This document shows positions 50,553 to 62,540 of a DNA stretch of 64,000 bases, piece by piece. The stretch comes from Hemiscyllium ocellatum. Lineage: Eukaryota. The position numbers and the translations under genes were made by a program. The stretch lies in contig NC_083409.1 in NCBI RefSeq assembly GCF_020745735.1, positions 42,118,048 to 42,182,047 on the forward strand. Reading direction: 5' to 3'. A model generated the notes under the pieces. It ran no database searches and was not told the origin of the DNA. It was given only the letters and a program-made list of their open reading frames with translations. Positions within the stretch are counted from its first letter, which is position 1, and every line of letters begins with the position of its first letter.

Positions 50553-52862
50553 AGAGTCATAAGGATGTACAGCATGGAAACAACCCCTCAGTTCAACTCG
50601 TCTATGCTGACCAGATCTCCCAATCCAATCTAGTCCCACCTGCCAGCATCCAGCCCACATCCCTCCAAATCCTTCCAATTCATATAGCCATCCAGATGCC
50701 TTTTAAATGTTGCAATTGTACCAGTCTCCAGCACTTCATCTGGCAGCTCATTTCATGACGTACATTTCAACCTCTGCATGAAAAAGTTGCCCCTTGGATC
50801 TCTTTTATATCTTTTCCCTCTCACCTGAAATCTATGCCCTCTAGTTTTGGACTGTCCCACCCCAGAGAAAAGACTGTCTATTTGTCATTTCCATGCCCCT
50901 TATGATTTTATAAACCTCTATAAGGTCACCCCTCAGCCTCCAACACTCCAGGGAAAACAGCCCCAGCCTGTTCAGTTTCTCCCTATAGCTCAAATCCTCC
51001 AACCTTGGCAACATCCTTGTAAATCTTTTCTAAACCCTTTCAAGTTTCTCAACATCTTTTCGATCAGAAGGGGACCAGAATTGCATGCAATATTCCAACA
51101 ATGGCCTAACCAATGTCCTGTACAGCCGCAACATGACCTCCCAACTCCTGTACTCAATACTCTGACCAATAAAGGAAAGCATACCAAACACCTTCTTCAC
51201 TAACCTATCTGCTTGTAATTCCACTTTCAAGGAGCTATGAACCTGCACTCCAAGGTCTCTTTGTTCAGCAACACTCTTTAGGACCTTACCACTATGTGTA
51301 TAAGTCCTGCTAAGATTTGCTTTCCCAAAATGCAGCACCTCACATTTATCTAAGTTAAATTCTATCTACCACTTCTCAGACTACTGACCCATCTGATTAA
51401 GATCCTGTTGTAATCTGAGGTAACTCTCTTCGCTGTCCTCTACACATCCAAATTTGATGTCAACTGCAAACTTACTAATTATACCTTTTATGCTCACATC
51501 CAAATCATTTATATGAATTATGAAAAGTAGTGGATCCAGCACTGATTCTTGTGGCACTCCACTGGAGACAGGCCTCCAGTCTGAAAAACAACCCTCCACC
51601 ACCACCCTTTGTCTTCTACCTTTGAGCCAGTTCTATACCCAAATGGCTAGTTCTCCCTGTATTCTATGAGATATAACCTTGCTAATCTGTCTCCCATGTG
51701 AAACCTTGTCAAACGCCTTACTGAAGTCCATATTGATCACATTTACCATTCTGCCCTCATCAATCCTCTTTGTTTCTTCTTCAAAAAACTCAGTCAAGTT
51801 TGTGAGACATGATTTCCCACGCACAAAGCCATGTTGACTATCCCTAATCAGTCCTTGCCTTTCCAATACAGGTGCATCCTGGCCCTCAGGATTCCCTCCA
51901 ACAACTTGCCCACCACCGACATCGGGCTCACTGGTCTATAGTTCCCTGGCATGTCCTTACCACCCTTCTTAAACAGTGGCACCACGTTAGCAAGCCTCCA
52001 GTGTTCTGGGACTTCATCTGTGACTATCCATGATAAAAATATCACAGTAAGAGGCCCAGCGATCACTTCCATAGTTTCCCACAGAGTTCTAGGACACACC
52101 TGATCAGGTCTGGGGATTTATCCACTTTTATGTGTTTCAAGACATCCAGCACTTCCACCTCTGTAATATGGGCATTTTTCAAGATGTCACCATCTATTTC
52201 CTTATGTTCTATATCTTCCATGTCCTTTTCCACAGTAAACACTGATGGAAAACACTCATTTAGTATCTCCCCACCTCCACTGTGGCTCCACACAAAGGCT
52301 GTCTTGCTGATCTTTGAGGGATCCTATTCTCTCCCTAGTTACCCTTTTGACCTTAACGTATTTGTAAAAACCTTTTAGATTCTCCTGAACTCTCTTTGCC
52401 AAAGTTATCTCATGTCCCCTTTTTGCCATCCTGATTTCTCCCTTAAGTATATTCCTACTGCCTTTGTACTCTTCTAGGATTCACTTGATCTCTCCTGTCT
52501 GTACCAGACATATGTTTCCTTCTTTTTCTTAACCAAACCCTCAATTTCTTTAGTCATCCAGCATTCCCTATACCTACCAGCCTTCCCTTTCACCCTGACA
52601 GGAATATACTTTCTCTGGACTCTTGTTATCTCATTTCTGAAGGCTTCCCATTTTCCAACTGTCCCTTTACCTCCGACCATCTGCGCCCAATCAGCTTTTG
52701 AAAGTTCTTGGATAATTCCATCAAAATTAGCCTTCCTCCAATTTAGAACTTCAACTTTTAGATCTGGTCTATCCTTTTCCATCATTATTTTAAAATTAAT
52801 AGAATTATGGTTGCTGGCCCCAAAGTGCTGCCCCACTGACACCTCAGTAACATGCCCTGCCT
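50553..52862 (-). mobile_element. Long decayed CR1 (HER1-like) ORF2, end of endonuclease to 3' tail
   Basis: HFGASNHNSINF, GNYRPVS, QHGFVRGKSCLTNL, SGVPQESVLDPLLF..SKFAVD and LYRTLVRPLLEYCMQFWSP, with multiple frameshifts. Confidence 0.95.
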
Positions 52863-53099
52863 TCTCCTGCAAGGAAGCAGAATGAAGAGGTGTGAGTGTT
52901 ACCAGTGGCATGTGTAGGGAGAGGAAAGGCTGCCCTTTTTGGAAGTAACTACATAGTGTGGACACAAGAGAACACAAGGCTGAGGGAGAGTGTGAGAGGG
53001 TTGGCTGCTCAGATGACTGTCCAATGATTACAGATGGATGGAGCTGTATCAGCCTGAAATGTGCTTTGCAAGTGAATGCTGGGACGTTATGGTGTGGAA

Positions 53100-53403
53100 A
53101 CTAATGGGGACAAATGACAGAAATGGCTATTACAAGGGGGCCAAATTTTAAGATGATTAGAGGAAGGTTCAGAGGAGATGTCAGAGATGGGTTCTTTACA
53201 CAGAGAATGGTAGGTGTGTGGAATGAACTGCCAGCAGGGGTAGTAGAGTCAGATACATGAGGGACATTTAAGCGATTGGATAGGCACATGAATGTTAGTA
53301 AATTAAAAGGTAGGTAGGTTAGTTTGACCTCAGAGTAGGTTAAAAGGTTGGCACAACATCAAGGGCTGAAGGACCTGTCCTGTGCTATACTGTTCTATGT
53401 TCT
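53100..53403 (+). mobile_element. CR1 3' tail fragment
   Basis: ttctttacacagagaatggtaggtgtgtggaatgaactgcc and a ttctatgttct tail. Confidence 0.85.
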
Positions 53404-54307
53404 GAGTCATTCACATTGTTCATCCTCCTGTATCCTCTTAGTGTACTGTCTCCAGTTGGGAAGAATGTAATTTCCACTGCTGACTCCTTCCCACATTTCC
53501 ATCCACACCTGTTTTGTAAGACAGAGTACGCTGTCTTCCTACTGTCCTTGGGTTAGATATGCTTCATTGTAGTCCCTCAGTCCCCAGAGCAGGAACTCCA
53601 GCTTGAAGTGAGCAGCTCAGGGAGCAGCCTTCCCTATTCCTGTGGTGTGTGCAACCTCAAAGAAGATGCTGCTAACTCCTGGTAACCCATGCTGTTGCCC
53701 CTTAAATTACAAACCCTCCCCTTTGGGAAAAAAAATGGCCCGTGCTCCCTAGTTGACCAGGAAGCCCCCAAAAAGGATTGTAATTCGAATGACCTAGGAA
53801 AGTGCAATGCCAAGTGGGCAACCAGTAAATCAGTTCTGGCAGTGAGAGAAACATTTGCTTCTATATCAAATGAATGTTCTCCATCACCATATACAAACAT
53901 CAATCAACTTTAAAATAACACAATTTCATTAAATTTCCATTTATGCTTTCAGCAACTGCAGCTCACATCTGTCAGTTCACTTTTGAAGCTGACTTTCATA
54001 ACTCACTCATTATTAAGTAGCTTTGATGAGGAAGAAGGATTTCCCATACATTGGAAAATAAATAAAAAAACTTCATATAAGCTTTTACAGCTTTGGTAAA
54101 AGTGGAAGAAAATCTTGCCCTCACACTATACTCTTCACGTTTGGAATTGCAAGCATTTCAAAAGGCTTCATCCACATGGAGGTCCCCAAGAAATGTCTCA
54201 GTAAGGCTTTCTTGTAACAAATGGAATATACAGTTACAAAATGATGCTTTGGATTGTGGATTTGGGTTGGCGTTAATTGATTGAATGGATCAAATGCAAA
54301 GAAGAAA

Positions 54308-54510
54308 AAGTTACCATAGTCCTACCAGACCGTAGGGCAACTCTCTCTTCAGATGCTTTAACCTGAGGTCACCATGCCTCAGGCGAGGGGAGAGGTTGAG
54401 AAGATGGGCTCTTCAAGGTAACCTCAGCTGGCATGGGAACTGAACCCATTATTTTGGCATCACGCTGTATTGCAAACCAGCCATCCAGCCAACCAAGCTG
54501 AATGTACCCC
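54308..54510 (-). mobile_element. tRNA-derived SINE (second family)
   Basis: Minus strand cagcttggttggctggatggctggtttgcaatacagcgtgatgcc...gggttcagttccc gives A/B-box-like motifs. Homologous to 24996-25175. Confidence 0.7.
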
Positions 54511-54929
54511 TAACTGCCAACAGGGAGACAGAAATTGATCCTGAGTGGTATTGCACAATAGCAAGGTGTTCCATTGGCTGCCCATTTTCAAACTCAGTGC
54601 CAATAAAGTCAATGGACCCAAATATTGGACAGAATACAATCATTGTTGCTCATGTTCATAGGATTTTCTATGGCATCATCTAGGAAGAATAGGAATCATC
54701 TTAAATGCTGATGACCATAAGGATGTAAAAGAAAATTTAAAATAGATTTGCAAACTGTTGACTGGAAAATCTGCTATTTAATTCATCGAATTCATATCTA
54801 GTCTTATGGAGGTCACAAGTTAAACTCCTTCATCCTACAAAGAATAATTACTCAGTCAGCATGTGTTATTTGTATAGATTTCCCTCCAGCTTGTTTAATT
54901 TTATTAAGTATTATCATGTGCCCCATCAC

Positions 54930-55246
54930 GGGACGGCACGGTGGCACAGTGGTTAGCACTGCTGCCTCACAGCGCCTGAGACCCGGGTTCAATTCCCGAC
55001 TCAGGCGACTGACTGTGTGGAGTTTGCACGTTCTCCCCGTGTCTGCGTGGGTTTCCTCCGGGTGCTCCGGTTTCCTCCCACAGTCCAAAGATGTGCAGGT
55101 CAGGTGAATTGGCCATGCTAAATTGCCCGTAGTGTTAGGTAAGGGGTAAATGTAGGGGTATGGGTGGGTTTCGCTTTGGCGGGTCAGTGTGGACTTGTTG
55201 GGCTGAAGGGCCTGTTTCCACACTGTAAGTCTAGTCTAATCTAATC
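54930..55246 (+). mobile_element. HE1-like V-SINE, young full-length copy
   Basis: Intact A and B boxes, CpGs preserved, (TCTAA)n tail. Confidence 0.95.
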
Positions 55247-55746
55247 TTCAAATAACTCAAGCAAACACTTGAAACACATTAAAATAATTGTCAAATTAAT
55301 CAATGTAGTTAAAAGATGACATACATACTTGCATTCAGTTTAAAAGTGCCATGCTAATCTTAGAATGCAGTGTGAAGTGAAATCTTGCTGGTTAAATACA
55401 GATGGTTTTGGAGGTGGATGTTTGAGGTGCTTTGAACATAATGCATTAGAGCATGCCAGCTGACGGGTTGGTCCTCCAGCCTCGTCTTGCTGAAGATGGG
55501 TAAGCAACAGGAGTGCCTACATTTGGCTGTGGTGGGTAACCAATTGGTGCCAATTGACAAGTGGCTTGGGAATACTGTCAGAGACTGACTGACAGTCGCA
55601 GGTTGGCAGGTCACTTGGAGCTGTGCAGAGAAGCCGCCTTTTTCTATCTCCCAGCCTTGAGTCTCCCCATCAATGGGCAGAGAGTTTCCACTTCACCAAA
55701 ACTGCAGCCATTAAATAAGTTTACCATTTTCCTAGAACTTGGGTCC

Positions 55747-56130
55747 TTCTGCTTCCAGAAGCAGTGCCCATCTCTCCCTGTGGGGCTGCTCGCAGGACAA
55801 CTCTGCTTCCAGAAGCAGTGCCCATCTCTCCCTGTGGGGCTGCTCGCAGGACAACTCTGCTTCCAGAAGCAGTGCCCATCTCTCCCTGTGGGGCTGCTCG
55901 CAGGACAACTCTGCTTCCAGAAGCAGTGCCCATCTCTCCCTGTGGAGCTGCTCGCAGGACAACTCTGCTTCCAGAAGCAGTGCCCATCTCTCCCTATGGG
56001 GCTGCTCGCAGGACAACTCTGCTTCCAGAAGCAGTGCCCATCTCTCCCTGTGGGGCTGCTCGCAGGACAACTCTGCTTCCAGAAGCAGTGCCCATCTCTC
56101 CCTGTGGGGCTGCTCGCAGGACAACTCTGC
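55747..56130. repeat. Minisatellite, 7 x 54 bp
   Basis: Unit ctctgcttccagaagcagtgcccatctctccctgtggggctgctcgcaggacaa. Only two internal substitutions seen (copies 4 and 5). Confidence 0.97.
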
Positions 56131-57094
56131 GATCCATCCCACTGGTCCAAACCAAGTACATGCCCCACCCACTGTCCTTAGTTTAACAACATTTCCAGAA
56201 ATTAGCTTTCAATTGTCTCCCGCTGGAAAGATGGCGTTGGTGGGCAACCGTGGTACCATCTCCTTTCAGTCACAACCTCAGAAAATGTCTGAAGGTCTCA
56301 GCCATAATGTGAGATAACAAATGTAGTCTAATAAATTGAACGATGATTGTGTTATATTGATACTGAATGAGTCCAGCAAAAGCAGCAAATCATCCTTATT
56401 GTGCATTTACAATGTACCTGGTGCAAGGCAGCCTTGCTTCACTCCAGTGCTAAGGGTATACTGGAAATTAAGATTAAAATCACGCCTTCATTCTGGGTTT
56501 ACATAAAAACCTTAGTGTTGGTGCAAAGTAAAATAGTTTGCATTCAATAAACCATCGCCAATGCATTGTAATGGATGCTATTCTCCCATAACTTAAATAA
56601 ATCAAAAATCCATGATCTGTTGGTGTAGTTAGAAGAGCTGTTAATTTCCCAAAGACTAAGGCAAGTAAGAGTCAAATGTTGAAGATCAAGAAAACAACAC
56701 ATTGTTTGTAGATTCATGATCAATATGATTTGCATGAAAGTAGATATCATACTATTTTAATGCTGTCTTTCGCACAGCAGTTTTGAATATTGGTTGTTCC
56801 TTAATGCTGACTTGCAATTGCCTTCAACATCCATTTTCTAAACGTAGCTCCAAATCTGAGCATAAGCTTAAAGAAGCTGAGCTCCTTCCTGATAAACAAG
56901 TAAGCTGACTGTGGTGTTACTGGTGAGTTAGGTTACATTAGAAGAGTAAGCAAGCAACTCTTTAATATAACAAAGGAAACACAATTATCCCCTGCACTCA
57001 GGATTCATTGTCTAGCACTACTAGAAAGTAATAAAAGTAATTTACACCCACACACATGAAGGACGTGTGGAAATCCTTTTGCACATAGACCTCA

Positions 57095-57700
57095 TTTATC
57101 TATTGCACAGAAATGTTACCGCACTGACATGCCATTCAGCTCAGCCTCTCTGTGCAGGCTCTTCAAATGAGCAATTCACCCAGTTCCATTCTCCTATCTT
57201 CTTCCTATAACTGCACACTGTTCCACTTAAAATAAATAACTAATTCCCTTTCCATACCTCGATTGAACCTTTTTCCACCTCACTGTCAGGCAGTGCATTC
57301 GAGAATATAATATGCGGTGCGATAAAGTTATTCACATGCCACTTTTGCTCATTCACGTAAATCTGTGCCCTCACATTGTTGAACCCTTCATGAGGAAAAT
57401 CTCCTTATTTATTCAGTCCAGACCTCTCATGACTTAAGTACAGTTTACTGAAATCGAGTCTTCTCTGACCCTCAAAGGAAAAAAATCCCAATTTCTCTAC
57501 ATTATCTTCATAACTGAAATTCCCCATCTCTTGCAACATTCTCATGAACCTCTTCTGCACCCTCTCCAATGCCTTCACATCCTGCCTGCAGTGCAGCACC
57601 CAGAACTGGTCCAAAAACTCCAACTAAGGCTGAACTAGTGTCTGACATTAAGTTCTACATAACCTCTTAGATCTTGTACTGTGCGCCCTATCATTTCTTA
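57095..57700 (-). mobile_element. CR1 3' fragment
   Basis: QFWVLHCRQDVKALERVQKRFMRML...KLGFFSFE. Confidence 0.85.
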
Positions 57701-58214
57701 CTCTGCCCTGTCACCCCTCACTGGGGCAGTGCACTGGAAATCAAGCCGTGCTATTCCTGGAGTTGTCAGAAAAGATTTAAAAGTTTATCCAAGTACACAA
57801 AATCCGTAGTTTAACTGTGGGCTAGACCAGGTTAGTAGAAATCATGGGCTTGGTTTCTGTACTAAACAAGAACTGCTATTCAGTACAAATAAAATAAATT
57901 CTAACCACAGGTAAATAACATATAACATTACTAGTTAAAACCGTAAAGCATCCCCCATCCCAACACACATGCAGATACACACAGATAACTCAAAGAAAAT
58001 GAATGTTATGGGTGGAGGGAAAGAAAGGCGGGGAAGTGGTTCAAAGGTGCCAATCCTCAGGATTCAACGGAGTGGACCTTTTGTTTCCCAAGCTATCCAG
58101 TTCTCTGAAGTTTTCCTTCAGGTCTTTGGAGGTACAGCACCATAAAGCTTTTGCATTACTAGTTATAATCTACAGCTTGCAGCAACTGGTGGGAGAGGGG
58201 GGGTTAGACAGAGA

Positions 58215-58215
<1 letters not shown>

Positions 58216-58287
<72 letters not shown>
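58216..58287. repeat. (CA)n microsatellite
   Basis: Directly visible. Confidence 0.98.
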
Positions 58288-58288
<1 letters not shown>

Positions 58289-59448
58289 ATCTGCCCTCGC
58301 AGCACTCCACACCTTTCTGGCAGGAGCCAATCTGATAACTGCTGTCAGGCTGATGGCCTTTGGCATTCACTACTGGTCACAACTCCATAAACCAATCAGC
58401 TGCCGGCTGACTGCACATCCCTTGGTGTTGGTCTTACCAAGAAAAGATTTCCCCAGCTGCTTGAACAAAGCAGCAATGTTACTGCCACACCCATAGGCTT
58501 TCAGTAACTTACTTTTTCAATGTGTACTTCAGCAAAACAGCCGTACCTTTACCAAATTTGTAAAGGAAACCGTCAAAAGTGGCATGGTCAGCAGGAATGA
58601 CAGGCTGAAGGCAATCCTAATAAATGAATCGGTTTTGGCCAGCCCTAATTTCTTCATTCGTTCTTTCATGTCAAACAATCCTTTCCTCAAGTCAGTCCAC
58701 AGTCATAAGTAACATAAAAAGTTGCAATCTTTATATGCCTCCACACATCTTATACCATAATTCAAAAAATGCACTTCATCACAAAGTACGAGCAACACAA
58801 ATCACAAAACTCCGGACTTGCATCCATTAATCCTTCCTCCCCTCCCCCCCCCCCGCCCCCAACCACCACCCCTATACATCCTGAGTGTTTCTTGAACCTT
58901 TAGCTTACTTTATCATCTTACATCAGGGCAGTGCATCTATAATTACATTATCTCAGCCAACAATGTGAAAGATCTTTATATTAAATGCTCAAAACTAAAG
59001 ACTCCATCTAAATAGCGTCATATCTAAAATTTTAAACGTTTCAGTGAAAGCCAGCAGATTATGATCAGAGTAAATTAATGTTTCTTTGTTACCATGTCCA
59101 GCACAGACTTCAAAGTGTTGAAGAGCCAAGAATATTCCCAATGTCTCTTGTCCTCATGATTGACTGATACTGGTTTAGTTTCTTTGAGTAGCATTCCACT
59201 GGCTCCTCAAATCCCAACTCATCACCCTGTGTTAAGACTGCACCAACACCCAAGTCAGTTGCATCAATCACCATTTTAATGAGTCCAGAGAAATTAGGGC
59301 TGGCCAAAACTGATTCATTTGTTAGGATTGCCTTCAGCCTGTCATTCCTGCTGACCACGCCACTTTTAACAGTTTCCTTTACAAATTTTTGTAAAGGTCC
59401 AACTGTTTTGCTGAAGCAACACACAGATTTCTCGTAAAATCCACAAAC

Positions 59449-59942
59449 TTACAGAAAGGATGTGGAGGCTTTGGAGAGGGTGCACAAGCGGTTTACCAGG
59501 TCACTGCCTGGATTAGAGGGTATGAGCTGTAAGGGGAAAACCAGGGTTGTTTTCTCTGGAGTGGTGCAGCTAATGGGAGACCTGATAGAAGTTTATAAAA
59601 TTGTAAGAGGCAGAGATCGGGTTGACAGTCAGAATATTTCTCCCCCCAGAATTAATATGTTGAATATTAGGGGCATGTATTTAAGGTGAGAGGAGAAAAT
59701 TTCAAAGGAGATGAGAGGGACAAGTTTTTTTTTACACTGAGAGTGGTAAATGTTTAGAACGCACTACCAGGGGTGGTGGTGGAGGCAGAAACGATAGGGG
59801 TGTTTAAAGGGGCTTTAAGATAAGCACATAAATAGGCAAGGAATGGAGGGATATGCACGAAGGGCTGGAAGAAGGAGTCATGTTTGGCACAACATCGTGG
59901 GCCAAAGGATCCGTTCCTGTGCTGTACAGTTCTATGTTCTAT
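59449..59942 (+). mobile_element. CR1 3' fragment inserted in Gypsy
   Basis: EALERVHKRFTRSLPGLEGMS..GDLIEVYKI and a ttctatgttct tail. Confidence 0.9.
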
Positions 59943-60389
59943 ATTCCAAAAAAACCCCCATAATTGCTAATTCATTTTTAGGAATAGAGAATTCTACCGC
60001 TTTTGTTGCGCTTGGGGCAACACTCTACCTTGTCATATAGTATGTTTTAGGTAACTTACTCGGTTTCACAAATTCATTTTTACCTATATTTGTTCCTAAG
60101 CTAACCAACTGTAACTGCTTAAACAGATCTTCCGACTGTTTCACATGCACTCCTCACTATACACTGTCTAAATAAATTACAAAATTACGGACCTCAACTG
60201 TGACATGATTAATAGGCCTTTGGAACATAATTGATGGATTCTTAAACCCAAATGCCATAACTTGACATTGGTATAGCCCATTTGGTTTGACAGAATTGGA
60301 TCCTTTGGCCTTTGATGTTGATGGCATTGCATAGATTAACCTTGGAAAGGAATGAGGCACTGCTATCAACACAGTTTTCCACTCATGTA

Positions 60390-60635
60390 AAGACTGAACA
60401 AACTGTGGATGCTATAAATCAGTAAGAAAAACAAAATTGCTGAGAAAACTCAGCAGGTCTGTCAGCATCTGTGGAGAGAAATCAGAGTTAACGTTTCAGG
60501 TCCGGTCACCCTTCCTCAGAACTGATGGCAGCTAGGAAAATGTGGATTTTTATGCAGAAGATAGGGTGGGGGGCAGGGGATAAGGAGAAAACAATAGGTG
60601 GGGATAGAGCCCAACAAGAGAAAATAGCTGGACAT
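60390..60635 (-). mobile_element. Penelope 3'/pLTR fragment inserted in the Gypsy RT
   Basis: Homologous to 7238-7500. Confidence 0.85.
60486..60523 (-). ncRNA. Minimal hammerhead ribozyme, intact core
   Basis: agtt CTGAGGA A GGGT GACCGG ACCT GAAA CG TT aact. Helix I AGTT/AACT, ACGT palindrome retained. Confidence 0.7.
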
Positions 60636-61599
60636 ATAACTGGGTACAAATCTGGCATTCAGCTTTCTGTAGACTATGCAGAATCTTGTTGCTCAATTTA
60701 GTTTAGGAACTAATACGACTGGTAAACTTTGACTAGGTTCAACTATGGTTTCCCACTAGTTTTATACCAAGTAGGAAAAATAGGATGTGCATCGCAAGGA
60801 CATCAGCTTTGCCATGTTACTGCACAGCATCGCTGGCTGTAACAACACAAACATAACTTGTCTGGCAACTTCATTCAATTGGGTGAGGTCAGTTTTAACT
60901 CACTGTAAATGCAGCAGAGGCCAGTCTTCCTTGATTAATTCCAAATGCAAATGTTGCTTACCAGTTTATTCTTTCTTCACTCTTCCTATTGTTAAATAAA
61001 AGCTAAGGTTGCAATCTGATGGAAGCTTTCACAACACCTGATTTCCATTCAATCATGTCAATATATTGTGTTAGTATGGGCACTATGGGAAGGACAGCTC
61101 ACCTTCAGACAGGGTTAGAACCATCATGTGATGCTAGGGATGCCAACTGTCTTTACGTTCACCCTTGTAGCTACACTTAAAATGATCACAGAGTTATTGC
61201 TCGAAGCATATGATTACAAATTGGTTACTCTATTCACAAAGTCGTTTCACTTGTGCCATCCATGTACCTCCAGAATGCCTTCTTTGTCCTCCCCACTGTG
61301 TCCAGGTACAGTCGTCCCAGAATGGAAGGAGCCTAGCCCATAATGGAGCCTGTTGCCTTTGGAGTTTTGGGCAAGTGACCCTGGCAGAGTTTAGCCAGAG
61401 GGCCCAAACATGCTAAGAGTGTCCTGTCCAGATGGAAGCTCACCCTCTTCAGTTTGAACTTCAACAGGGTAAGGGACTGCAAGCATAGTAGAGATGGAGA
61501 GTGGGTGAGAGGGAGGGAGGGAGGGAAGATATTGCATGCAATAGCGGGATTGGGATAACATGAGCAACTTGGTGGGAAATGGGCGGAATTGCAAGATTA

Positions 61600-61860
61600 C
61601 AGTGAATGTGAGGTGGCAGAGACAGGACAGCGGTACTTAGCTATGTACCAGAGGGTAATTAATCTTCCTGTAATGGAGTTATACCTCCATACCACAGGTA
61701 CAGCAATGATCCAGGTGAGAAGTTCAGACCAGGCTGGTGAGGTCTGATACTGTGGTCTCCACTGGCAGTCCTGAGGAAAGAACATGTCCCTCTTCACCAC
61801 CACTAGAACCTCCAGGTTCCTGTAGGTAAACTAGGGTGCCAACTTTCCCATCAACCAACT
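61600..61860 (-). pseudogene. Decayed Myb/SANT-like ORF, probably Harbinger/PIF ORF1
   Basis: LEVLVVVKRDMFFPQDCQWRPQYQTSPAWSELLTWIIAV fits the L..L...RD.LFP.......AW.E.A..V pattern. Confidence 0.5.
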
Positions 61861-62379
61861 CTGCAGCAATACTTCCCATGCTGCAAGTGACAAAGGCAAT
61901 TCCTGACTGGCAGCATTTCAGCTGATGCACAGCTGGGCTTTCAACATTGAGTGAACAGCAGGAAACCCACAATGTCCCATCAGCTGTTGGAGAGTGCAAG
62001 ACAGTGTGCGGTCAGAGCCTCGAGGCACGGCGCATACATCATGAGCACCATGATAACTCCCTGGGTCTCATGGAGAGAAACCCTTCATGGAAGTGCTTGA
62101 AACTGACACTGAACCAAATCACTGAGAAAAAACTCAGCCTGGGTCAGGGAATACAACGAGAGGGAAGTACTCAGTGTTGACCCCTCGGGATGAGTTCTGG
62201 GACCCATAGCTCTTTCTACGTGTGGTGTAGAAGACGGAGCCAGGTTTTCACATTTTCGAATCCTCAAAGGTAACAGAACTACTTGATAAAACAATTAAAA
62301 CAAAATAGAGGATCCTTGGTTTCACAAAAGTAATAACATTATGGTACATTGTTGGTTGGTTCCCAGCTTGGACTAGTGA

Positions 62380-62540
62380 GTCATAGAGATGTACAGCATG
62401 GAAACAGATCCTTTAGTATAGCTCGTCCATGCTGACCAGAATTCTTAAATCAATCCTGTCTCACTTGCCAGTATTTGGGCCAAATCCTACGGAACTCTTA
62501 CTATTCATGTACCCATCCAGATGCCTTTTAAAATGTTGTG
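62380..62540 (-). mobile_element. CR1 tail nested in older plus-strand CR1 debris (about 62270-63215)
   Basis: gagtcatagagatgtacagcatggaaacagatcc...cccatccagatgcctttt. Confidence 0.8.

Larger units (their letters stand above)
59050..60780 (-). mobile_element. Decayed Ty3/Gypsy RT-RNase H, interrupted by CR1 and Penelope insertions
   Basis: VEPSQSLPVVLVPK..RFCIVYRK (about 60700), GLYQCQVMAFGFKNPSIMFQR..VIYLDSV and IDATDLGVGAVLTQ..EPVECYSKKLN. Confidence 0.85.

Noticed and set aside
54930-55010. tRNA gene (also at 27090-27170 and other SINE heads)
   Set aside because: The A/B boxes belong to tRNA-derived SINE heads that continue into the V-domain and a LINE-like tail.
55747-56130. CRISPR-like array or repeat protein
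   Set aside because: The units are contiguous and identical with no unique spacers and no cas genes, in a eukaryotic context. All six frames are open simply because the unit lacks stops.
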